Below, one piece after another: positions 1 through 7,448 of a stretch of DNA of 13,733 bases. The notes under the pieces are model-generated. The model was not told where the DNA came from and ran no database searches. It saw only the letters and a program-made list of their open reading frames with translations. The translations under genes were made by a program, and so were the position numbers. Every line of letters begins with the position of its first letter. Position 1 is the stretch's first letter. Origin of the DNA: Candidatus Iainarchaeum sp. (lineage in GTDB: Archaea; Iainarchaeota; Iainarchaeia; Iainarchaeales; CSSED10-239); assembly GCA_028700115.1 (NCBI GenBank), contig JAQVTI010000016.1, forward strand, positions 1-13,733. Direction: 5' to 3'.

Positions 1-260
1 GTATTACTTCTTATGATATTTTGACTAATTTAAATAGTTTAAGTTATAAAGATGTTTTTTTAATAAATAAAAATTATGATACTAGTGATGGAATTGGTGC
101 TTTTTATAGTGATAGAGGGGATAATATGGGTGATCGTGCCTTTCTTGTGGGTGGTGGTTGGAGCGATGGTTCTTATGCCGGGGTTCTATCTCGGGATTTG
201 TTCTATGGTCCTTCGTTCCGGAACTATAGGATCGGCTTTCGGTGTGTAGTAGTTCCATAA
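1..260 (+). CDS. 5'-truncated CDS (open to the window edge): C-terminal part of an FGE-sulfatase / C-type-lectin-like domain protein, candidate DGR target protein
   Basis: Frame is open upstream of the TTG at 21 (ITSYDIL-TNLNSL...). The C-terminus ...RAFLVGGGWSDGSYAGVLSRDLF(Y)GPSFRNYRIGFRCVVVP* matches the usual 'RGGSW.NG..AGV...L...P...N..IGFRC' ending of formylglycine-generating-enzyme-like/CLec-fold proteins. Stop TAA at 258-260. Confidence 0.75.
   Translation, partial: ITSYDILTNLNSLSYKDVFLINKNYDTSDGIGAFYSDRGDNMGDRAFLVGGGWSDGSYAGVLSRDLFYGPSFRNYRIGFRCVVVP
159..257 (+). other. Candidate DGR variable region (VR) at the 3' end of the FGE-like ORF
   Basis: GC is ~48-50% over 121-240 against a ~20% GC background, and adenine is only ~13% over 181-240. 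Residues at typical Asn positions of this domain are encoded by AGC, GAT, TAT, GAT, TTC, TAT, TTC, AAC, TAT, each reachable from AAC or AAT by adenine changes only. No template repeat or RT is in the window, so this is inference. Confidence 0.5.
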
Positions 261-297
261 AAAAGGATTTGATATTTTTGTCTTATAAATTTTTATT

Positions 298-804
298 TTA
301 TTTTTCATTTTTTATATATTCTAAAAATAATATAAATATTATTATTCCAAATATAAACCATAAACTAATATGTGCTATTTTTGCAAGTTTATAACTAATT
401 TTTTTTGCTAAGACTATAAAAATTATTCTTAATAAGTTTATTTTTAATAATATAAATAAAATTAATATATTTTTAATTATTTTTTTATTATATTTTTTTT
501 TAATATTTTGGTATATGCTACTACTACTTTGGTTTTTAGTAGATATTTTAGGTTTACTCTTTTTTTTTGAAAGATGATAGGCTATAATTAAACCAAAAAA
601 TAAACTAATGGTTAAAATACCACTACATTCAGGCACAAAAATAAATCCATTTAAATTAATTATTTTTCCAAATAATAAGTTTATTATTTTTTCTTCAAGA
701 AATATTAATTTTTTACCTATACTTAATATTAATATTTTTGATAATAATAAATATGTTATTATAAAAATTAATATGAATTTTATATATTCTTTATATTTTT
801 TCAT
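298..804 (-). CDS. Exosortase/archaeosortase family transpeptidase-like membrane protein (minimal)
   Basis: Multi-TM protein of 168 aa with the ordered motifs expected of the family: Cys in 'GFIFVPECSGILTISLFFGLIIAYH', Arg in 'KINLLRIIFIVLA', His in 'KIAHISLWFIFGIII'. Confidence 0.8.
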   Translation of the reverse strand: MKKYKEYIKFILIFIITYLLLSKILILSIGKKLIFLEEKIINLLFGKIINLNGFIFVPECSGILTISLFFGLIIAYHLSKKKSKPKISTKNQSSSSIYQNIKKKYNKKIIKNILILFILLKINLLRIIFIVLAKKISYKLAKIAHISLWFIFGIIIFILFLEYIKNEK

Positions 805-938
805 AATAAGATATATTGTCTAAAAAGTATATATTTGTTTTGTATAATTTTATTTTTTATAAATATTTATAGTAATCTAAAATATTTTTTTTGCTTAGAA
901 ATGAAGTTATTTTGTAATTTAAATTTATCTAAAATATA

Positions 939-1631
939 TTAGATTATAATTGTATAAATTATAATTATTATAATTCCTGTAATTAAAGTAGATATAAAAT
1001 TATTCCAATTATTATTTATTTTTTGATTTTTATTTTCAATTATAGCTCCAGTAAAACTATCTATTAATGATCCAATAATTCCAGAAATAGATATTAATAT
1101 AATAAATAAATAATTATATTCTATAATTATGAAAAATATTGCAGTTATTAAAGATCCTAATAAAGCTCCAATTATTCCAATTAAACTAATTGCCCCATTT
1201 GTTCCTTTTTTTACTTTTTTAAAAGTATTAATCATTCTAGGGTTTTTTATAGATAATAATCCGATTTCAGAAGAAAGTGTATCTGAAAATGCTGCAGAAA
1301 TTGTAGCAAGTGAAGCAATTATAAACATTTCTAGATTTACATATAATAATTTGTTTAAAATAAATCCTGTTATAAAAATTACAAGACTTGCCCCACAGTT
1401 TCCTAATACATTTTTATAATCTCTTTTTCCATGTTTTTTGTTTAATATCATTGTAATTATTTCTGCAATTCCAAAAAACATTATAACATATATTACTGCA
1501 TATATATCTATAAAATATAAAAATATACTACATACAATATATACTATAGAAATAGTAAATAAATCATACTTTCTAGTTATATTTAAAAATAATCCTATTA
1601 GTATGAATATTAAAAAATATAAAAAAAACAT
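939..1631 (-). CDS. DUF92/TMEM19 family integral membrane protein (VTE6/phytyl-phosphate kinase-like)
   Basis: Multi-TM protein with 'GNCGASLVIF', 'ATISAAFSDTLSSEIGLLS..NPRMINTFKKVKKGTNGAISLIGIIGALLGS' and 'GIIGSLIDSFTGAIIE', characteristic of DUF92 proteins. Confidence 0.85.
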   Translation of the reverse strand: MFFLYFLIFILIGLFLNITRKYDLFTISIVYIVCSIFLYFIDIYAVIYVIMFFGIAEIITMILNKKHGKRDYKNVLGNCGASLVIFITGFILNKLLYVNLEMFIIASLATISAAFSDTLSSEIGLLSIKNPRMINTFKKVKKGTNGAISLIGIIGALLGSLITAIFFIIIEYNYLFIILISISGIIGSLIDSFTGAIIENKNQKINNNWNNFISTLITGIIIIIIYTIII

Positions 1632-1641
1632 AAAAGATCAT

Positions 1642-2217
1642 TTAGATTATTTTTGCTCTAACAACCATAATCTTATTTATATAACCAAGTTTTACTAATT
1701 TCTTTTTAAGTTTTTCACAAATTTTTTTATTTAGAATCTCATTCCATGTTTCTGATAATGTTTTTGTAGATATTTCATTTAAAAAATATTCTTCTATTAA
1801 GTTTCTAGATTCTTTTCTTAAAGTTGTTGTAAATTTTGTTCCAGTTATAAAAAGTGTTTTTAATTTTAGTTTTACTCCATCTTTTGTAGTTACATAAATT
1901 ATATTATCGATTTTAGATTTTCCTCTTCTTGCAAGTCTTTTTATATTTCCTGGTTTTGTATTAAATTCTTGCAATTTTGTTTCTGCTTTTGTTGCAGTTA
2001 CTTTATCAATTTTAAATAATAGAGTGTATGCAGAGTCTCTAAAACTATTTGTAATTTGATCAAGAGTTTTTTTAATAGTTCTTCCAACTAGTTCTTTACT
2101 ATCAAGTGCAACTGTTTTTCCAATTTCTTTATTTTCAAAAACAGAATCTGATTCTATAATATACCATTTTTTCTTTTTCCAGTTATCTACTGTTTTTTTT
2201 TTATTTACTTTTGCCAT
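1642..2217 (-). CDS. rps3ae: Small ribosomal subunit protein eS1 (S3Ae)
   Basis: N-terminus MAKVNKKKTVDNWKKKKWYIIESDSVFENKEIGKTVALDSKELVGRTIKKTLDQIT and the 'KLRKLVKKLG..I.VVRAKII'-like C-terminal region are typical of eS1. Confidence 0.93.
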   Translation of the reverse strand: MAKVNKKKTVDNWKKKKWYIIESDSVFENKEIGKTVALDSKELVGRTIKKTLDQITNSFRDSAYTLLFKIDKVTATKAETKLQEFNTKPGNIKRLARRGKSKIDNIIYVTTKDGVKLKLKTLFITGTKFTTTLRKESRNLIEEYFLNEISTKTLSETWNEILNKKICEKLKKKLVKLGYINKIMVVRAKII

Positions 2218-2241
2218 GTATTCTACACCATTTTATTAATA

Positions 2242-2646
2242 TTATTTAATTAGTAATTTTGCTGTTTCTTTTGAATATCTCCAATTTTGAGGTATTTTTC
2301 CTTCTTTTATATAATATTTTTTAAGTCTATTTATTTTAGATACAGTTAATTGATATCCTCTTTTTGCAGATGTATCTTTTTTATTTATATCTTGATGTTT
2401 TAATAAAGTTACTGCTTTTTTTATTAATGCCATTAAGTCATCTGGTAATTTATCTGAACTAATTACTTTTAATTCTGTTTGTATTTGTGTAATTCTTTTA
2501 CCAATTGTTTTTTTTGTGTTTTTTATATTATTTTTTTTAAGTTCTAGTCCAATTAACGCAGCTGGAGTTGCTTTTTTACTCATTTCTTCTATTTTAGAAT
2601 AGATTTCTTCTTTTCCAAATTTATTTTCTTTTGTTTTTTCTACCAT
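2242..2646 (-). CDS. rps15: Small ribosomal subunit protein uS15
   Basis: C-terminal 'LMALIKKAVTLLKHQDINKKDTSAKRGYQLTVSKINRLKKYYIKEGKIPQNWRYSKETAKLLIK' is typical of archaeal uS15. The ORF track begins at 2655, but AAAGGT abuts that ATG directly. The ATG at 2646 (MVEKTKEN) has SD-like spacing of ~9 nt and is preferred. Confidence 0.93.
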   Translation of the reverse strand: MVEKTKENKFGKEEIYSKIEEMSKKATPAALIGLELKKNNIKNTKKTIGKRITQIQTELKVISSDKLPDDLMALIKKAVTLLKHQDINKKDTSAKRGYQLTVSKINRLKKYYIKEGKIPQNWRYSKETAKLLIK

Positions 2647-2670
2647 ATTAATCATACCTTTTAAATTTAA

Positions 2671-2679
2671 TTTATATAG
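2671..2679 (-). promoter_or_regulatory. Putative archaeal TATA box of the uS15-eS1 transcript
   Basis: The minus strand reads CTATATAAA ~25-33 nt upstream of the preferred uS15 start, followed by AAAAGGT (SD-like). Confidence 0.45.
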
Positions 2680-2803
2680 AATTATTTGATTTTTTTAAAA
2701 TAATTTTGTTTTTAAAAAAAAATATAGTTATATAATATATATTATTATTGCGATTACTTTATATATATTTTTATTTTGAAAAATAAATTTTTTTACAGAA
2801 TTT

Positions 2804-3373
2804 TTATAAATACCTACCTCTTTTTTCAATTTCTTTTATCTTTTCTAATATTTTTTTATTTTTAGTATTTTCTATATACCCTTTTTTTATTTCTATCCAT
2901 ATTTTTTCAGTTTTTTTATTACTTAGTAAGGTTTTTTTGAATACTAATAAATCTGTTGCTTTATCTTCTATTTTATTTGTTGTTGTTGCAAGTCCAAAAT
3001 CAATAAAATAAATATTTTTTTTATAAGTAATTATATTTATTAAATTTAAATCTCCATGCATTATATTATTATCATGCATTTTTGAAATTTCTTGACCAAT
3101 TTTTTTAGCTTGTTTTATATGAGTATTATTATTTTTTATATATTCCATAATTATTTTATCTTCTGATACATAATATATATAAGGAGCATTTAATCCTATT
3201 TGTTTTATTTTTTTTAATATATTTGCTTCTTCTTTATTTCTTTGTTTTATAATTTTTTGATTTAATATTTTGTTTCTATATTCTTTATATATTCTTTGTT
3301 TAATAATTACATCTTGTCCAAATATTTTTGTTTTAAATATTTTTGCTTCTGCTCCATAACTAATTTGTTTCAT
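2804..3373 (-). CDS. bud32: KEOPS complex protein kinase Bud32 (stand-alone, not fused to Kae1)
   Basis: Small kinase fold with 'GAEAKIFK', 'KQRIYKEYRNKILNQKIIKQRNKEEANILKKIKQIGLNAPYIYYV', 'MHDNNIMHGDLNLINIITYKKNIYFIDFGLA' and C-terminal 'RKRG'-like 'EIEKRGRYL'. Confidence 0.93.
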   Translation of the reverse strand: MKQISYGAEAKIFKTKIFGQDVIIKQRIYKEYRNKILNQKIIKQRNKEEANILKKIKQIGLNAPYIYYVSEDKIIMEYIKNNNTHIKQAKKIGQEISKMHDNNIMHGDLNLINIITYKKNIYFIDFGLATTTNKIEDKATDLLVFKKTLLSNKKTEKIWIEIKKGYIENTKNKKILEKIKEIEKRGRYL

Positions 3374-3876
3374 TAACTATCACAAATAGGGTTTTTTTTA
3401 ATTTCTGATTTTAATAATAGAAAATCATAGTTTGTTTCTAAGTCATATATATATTTATCCCAAAAAATATATTTAATATATTCTTTATTATCTTCTTCTT
3501 CTTTAAATAATGCTAATACTTTATTTTTTTTAAGATAAATTGTTTCTGTTTTTAATAAATATTCTTTAGATATACAACCATTTCCATAACTTAAATTTAA
3601 TTTATATATTTTTTCAAGTTCTTTATTTGATTCTATAAATTTTATATATTCAATTATTGCTTCTGCTGCAGTTTTATTTTTGGATTCTGATAAAAGTGCA
3701 ATATATTCTATATTATCTTCAGAATATAATTTATTTTCAGAAATATTATAATTTTTATTTATTTTTTGAATTTGTTTAAGATCATTTATTTTTATTTGCT
3801 GTGTAATTATACAAATAAATATAATAATTACAATTATTATTAATAATTCTCCAATAAAGCTGTTTTTTTTATCCAT
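3373..3876 (-). CDS. Hypothetical protein with N-terminal transmembrane anchor
   Basis: ORF of 167 aa with N-terminal TM segment (SFIGELLIIIVIIIFICIITQQ). GGTAAA lies upstream of the ATG, and the stop overlaps the Bud32 start by 1 nt (TAATG), suggesting co-translation. Confidence 0.75.
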   Translation of the reverse strand: MDKKNSFIGELLIIIVIIIFICIITQQIKINDLKQIQKINKNYNISENKLYSEDNIEYIALLSESKNKTAAEAIIEYIKFIESNKELEKIYKLNLSYGNGCISKEYLLKTETIYLKKNKVLALFKEEEDNKEYIKYIFWDKYIYDLETNYDFLLLKSEIKKNPICDS

Positions 3877-3951
3877 TTTTATTTACCTTTTTTTCAAATT
3901 GTTTTTATATTTATATATTTCATTTTAAAAGTCTTTTTATTCTTTTTTATT

Positions 3952-4572
3952 TTATAATTTTTTAATAATTTCTATTATTTTGGAATTAATTTTTTTTTTT
4001 ATAATTTGTTCTTCAAGTTTTATTTTTAATTGAGCAATTTTATGTTCTGCATTTTTTTCTTTAAATTCTTGTTTTTTTTTACTATAATCTCCAATTTGTG
4101 AATTTTTATAAACTATTGAATTATTTATTGTTTCTTTTAATTTTTGTCTATAATCTGGATCTATTAAAAAAGTATTAAATAAATTTTTATATTGTGGATC
4201 CATTAAAACTATATCTTCTAATTTAGATTCTTGTAAATCTTTTTTGTATTCTTTGTCTACTAAACTTTTTATTTTGTGTTTCCAAAATTTTTTATTTAAT
4301 AACATATATAAAGGTATAATTTTATGATATTTATGTGCGTTATTTTTTTCTTTTTGCCAATAGTGTATATTTTTTTTTAGTTCTTTAATTTTTTTATTTA
4401 TATATTCTGTTTCTTCTTTTAACTCTTTTATTTCAGGATATATTATTTTATTATTTTTTATTTGCATTGTTTTTTTTTTGAAAAATAAATCTATATATTT
4501 TTTATTTTCTGAATTTATTTTTTTTTTTAAAAACTCTTCTAAATCTTTAGTTTTATTAATTGTATTTTTCAT
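3952..4572 (-). CDS. Hypothetical coiled-coil-rich protein
   Basis: ORF of 206 aa, Lys/Glu-rich helical N- and C-terminal segments; co-oriented with the downstream genes. No family recognised. Confidence 0.65.
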   Translation of the reverse strand: MKNTINKTKDLEEFLKKKINSENKKYIDLFFKKKTMQIKNNKIIYPEIKELKEETEYINKKIKELKKNIHYWQKEKNNAHKYHKIIPLYMLLNKKFWKHKIKSLVDKEYKKDLQESKLEDIVLMDPQYKNLFNTFLIDPDYRQKLKETINNSIVYKNSQIGDYSKKKQEFKEKNAEHKIAQLKIKLEEQIIKKKINSKIIEIIKKL

Positions 4573-4698
4573 ATTTTTCGCATATTTTTATGTTTTATAA
4601 TTGAATATATTATACCTTAGTTTATTTAAATATTTTTAATCTATATATTTAATATTTATTTTGTTTATTTTTAAAACATTATAAAAAATGGAGTTAAT

Positions 4699-5049
4699 GT
4701 GATAAATATGTTTCCAAATATGGGTGGATTAGATCCAAGACGAATGCAAAGTATGATGAAGCAAATGGGTATTGAAAATAAAGAAATTTCCGCAAAAAGA
4801 GTAATTATAGAAACTAATGATTCTAAAATAATTATCTTAGAACCTCAAGTTACAAAAATAACTATGCAAGGACAATCTTCTTTTCAAATATCTGGAGATA
4901 TTCAAGAAAGTAAAGAATTAATTATTCCTCAAGAAGATATAGATATGGTTTCAACTCAAGCAAATATTTCAAAAGAAAAAGCAAAAAAGCTTTTAGAAGA
5001 AACAAAAGGAGATATTGCTAAAGCAATTTCTCTAATTGATTTAGATTAA
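4699..5049 (+). CDS. nac: Archaeal nascent polypeptide-associated complex protein (NAC-alpha)
   Basis: 'MFPNMGGLDPRRMQSMMKQMGIENKEISAKRVIIETNDSKIIILEPQVTKITMQGQSSFQISG' NAC domain followed by a C-terminal UBA-like 'DIDMVSTQANISKEKAKKLLEETKGDIAKAISLI'. A GGAG lies at 4690-4693. Start may be GTG 4699 or ATG 4708. Confidence 0.95.
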   Translation: MINMFPNMGGLDPRRMQSMMKQMGIENKEISAKRVIIETNDSKIIILEPQVTKITMQGQSSFQISGDIQESKELIIPQEDIDMVSTQANISKEKAKKLLEETKGDIAKAISLIDLD

Positions 5050-5054
5050 TTTTT

Positions 5055-6353
5055 TTATTTTTCTATTTTTCCAAGTTGTGCTAAAATTATTTCAGTTCTT
5101 GAAACATATGCTTGTAAATTTAGGTTAAATTTAATTTTATTAATATCTTCTGGATAATCTAACCATGCTTCTGTAAATTGGTCTTTATAGTTGTATGTAA
5201 TTTCTTTTATTGTTATTTCTGATATATTAAATATACCTTTTTTCTTTATTTTTTCTAATTTTATTCCTAAATTAATTAATTTTTGTTTATTTTCTTCAAT
5301 TTCAGAATCATTTATTATAATTTCTATTTTTGTATATGGTTTTTCTAGAATTTCAGTTATATTTTCTAATTTAAGTTTTTCTATAATTTCATTATATTTG
5401 TTTATATTTAAATCATTTAATGTTATTTCTAATATATTTTCATCAATTATGTATTTTTCTGTATTATTTTCATTTTCTTCTTGTTTTATTATGAATTTAT
5501 TAACATCTTCTATATTTTTATTATTTATATTTAGTTTTATTTTTTTAATATCATTAAATGAAATTTCTATATTTTTATCTAATGCTTTTTTGATTGTATT
5601 TTCATCAATTTGGTTTTCTATTTCTTTTTTAAATATATATAAATAACTTTCTTCAAAATGATCTATTTCTAAATTTATATCGTCAAAAAGTAGTTGAGGT
5701 TGTGCTGTTATATTTTGTGTTTCTAAGAATAATATTGTTGTAGGTGTATCTTTTTTAAATATTACTTGTAATTGTCCATTTACATTGTCTTCTATTTGTG
5801 TTTCTATTCCTATAATTGCTTCTGCTCTCCCAGTTGTAAAATAATATGTTTTACTAATATTTTTATCAGATATAAGTTCTATTTCTTCATCTGGCAAATA
5901 AATTGTAGCATTTTTATAAAATTCAGTAGTTAAAAAATATTCTATTTGGGTAATATTTTCTAAAATTTCTTTTTCTTTATTAATATCATTTATTTTAAAT
6001 CTTGAAATTACAATAAATTCATTTCCATCAATATTATAATTTACTCCTTCTAAATTTATTTCTTTATTTTTAAGTAACTCTTCTTCAATTTTGGTTTTAT
6101 CATATTCATTTGTTGTTGCTATTAATATATATTGTGGATAAATATTTGCAATTTCTGCATTTATTTGTGCAAAATAATTTTCTTCAGTATGTTCTTCTAC
6201 ATCTATATTATTTTGATCAGAATTATTTAAATTTTGTCTAATATTTTCTGTTCTATCTCCTCCCATTAAAGCCATTCCAAAAATAGATCCTACAAAAAGA
6301 ATCACTACAATTATTGAAAATATGTTTTCTGTATTCCATTTCATTTTTATCAC
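5055..6353 (-). CDS. Hypothetical membrane-anchored extracytoplasmic protein, 432 aa
   Basis: Long uninterrupted ORF with one N-terminal TM segment (NIFSIIVVILFVGSIFGMALMGG) followed by a large Asn/Ile/Glu-rich soluble region; no recognised family. Confidence 0.8.
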   Translation of the reverse strand: MIKMKWNTENIFSIIVVILFVGSIFGMALMGGDRTENIRQNLNNSDQNNIDVEEHTEENYFAQINAEIANIYPQYILIATTNEYDKTKIEEELLKNKEINLEGVNYNIDGNEFIVISRFKINDINKEKEILENITQIEYFLTTEFYKNATIYLPDEEIELISDKNISKTYYFTTGRAEAIIGIETQIEDNVNGQLQVIFKKDTPTTILFLETQNITAQPQLLFDDINLEIDHFEESYLYIFKKEIENQIDENTIKKALDKNIEISFNDIKKIKLNINNKNIEDVNKFIIKQEENENNTEKYIIDENILEITLNDLNINKYNEIIEKLKLENITEILEKPYTKIEIIINDSEIEENKQKLINLGIKLEKIKKKGIFNISEITIKEITYNYKDQFTEAWLDYPEDINKIKFNLNLQAYVSRTEIILAQLGKIEK

Positions 6354-6476
6354 TTTTAAATTTATAATTTTTTAAAAATTTAATAATTTTTTAACTTTTT
6401 AATTATTATATTTTTTAAAATTATATATATTTATGTTTCAATTCTTTTATATTTATTATGGCTCCTTTTTATATTT

Positions 6477-7448
6477 ATGACAAATGTAAAAATAGGGAAT
6501 ATTTCTATTAAAAAAAAAGGTGTATTAGGACCTATGTTGGAATATACTACTCATCCATATAGACTTTTATGTAATGAATATGATTGCGGTCTTTGTTTTT
6601 CTGAAATGGTTTATATCAATCAATTAGTTTATGCACCTGAAAGTTTAAATAATTCTTCTCTTCTAAATTCTTCAAAAAAAGATTCTCCATCTGCCTTTCA
6701 ATTAGTAGGTGATTTTTCTGATTCTGTTCTTTCTTTAAAGGCTGTAGAGTTTATAGATAATTATAACTTTTTTGATATTATTGATTTTAATACTGGTTGT
6801 CCATCTAATAGAGTTATTAATGGGAATTCTGGTTCAGGTCTTTTAAAAAATATTGATTCTATTCTTTCAACTTTAAAAAATGCAAAAGGCATTTCAAAAA
6901 AACCTATTACTGTTAAAACAAGACTTGGATTTGATAAGGTTGATATTTTTAATAATGTTGAAAAATTAGTAAATACAGGTATTGATGCTATTACTATTCA
7001 TGCAAGAAAAGCAATTGATAGTAATAATATTTCTTCTGATTATAATATTGTTAGGAAATTAAAAAAAGAGTTTTCTTTACCAATAATTTATAATGGAGAT
7101 ATTACTGATGATAATTTTTTTGAATTTTTTGATTTTGATTTATTAATGGTTTCTAGAAATGCTTTAGGAAATCCTTTTGTTTTTAAAAAAATTAATTATT
7201 TTGAAAAAAAAAATTCTTTTTTAGAAAAAAATTTTCTAGAAAATTTAAATGCTCTTAAAAGATTTCATGAAATTGAAAAAAAAAATCCAATTAATTTTGT
7301 TAAAAAAAAAAATATGGCTTTACAATTTATTAAAGATTTTCAAGGGGCTTCTTTTTTTAGAAATAAAATTTGTGTTTCTAAATCTGATTCTGATTTAGAA
7401 AAAATTTTTATAGAAATAGAACATAAATTATTAGAGTTACAGCAATAA
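6477..7448 (+). CDS. Dus-family (tRNA-dihydrouridine synthase-like) FMN-dependent TIM-barrel oxidoreductase
   Basis: 'GNISIKKKGVLGPMLEYTTHPYRLLC..YDCGLCFSEMV', 'FDIIDFNTGCPSNRVINGNSGSGLLKN', 'PITVKTRLG', 'GIDAITIHAR', 'LPIIYNGDI', 'LLMVSRNALGNPFVF'. Confidence 0.88.
   Translation: MTNVKIGNISIKKKGVLGPMLEYTTHPYRLLCNEYDCGLCFSEMVYINQLVYAPESLNNSSLLNSSKKDSPSAFQLVGDFSDSVLSLKAVEFIDNYNFFDIIDFNTGCPSNRVINGNSGSGLLKNIDSILSTLKNAKGISKKPITVKTRLGFDKVDIFNNVEKLVNTGIDAITIHARKAIDSNNISSDYNIVRKLKKEFSLPIIYNGDITDDNFFEFFDFDLLMVSRNALGNPFVFKKINYFEKKNSFLEKNFLENLNALKRFHEIEKKNPINFVKKKNMALQFIKDFQGASFFRNKICVSKSDSDLEKIFIEIEHKLLELQQ

Noticed and set aside
608-823. + strand ORF of 71 aa
   Set aside because: Antisense shadow of the archaeosortase-like gene; no family resemblance and low-complexity composition.
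1129-1698. + strand ORFs at 1129..1419 and 1438..1698
   Set aside because: Antisense to the well-supported DUF92 and eS1 genes; composition is typical of reverse-complement shadows in AT-rich DNA.
2647-2655. ATG at 2655 as the uS15 start
   Set aside because: AAAGGT abuts it with zero spacing; ATG 2646 is better placed.
5191-5646. + strand ORF of 151 aa (Phe/Ser/Ile-rich)
   Set aside because: Antisense to the 432-aa ORF; hydrophobic composition arises from the complement of Lys/Asn/Glu codons.
7238-7320. Long A homopolymers inside the Dus gene as possible programmed frameshift sites
   Set aside because: The reading frame continues without interruption and with recognisable architecture; A-runs are expected at this composition.
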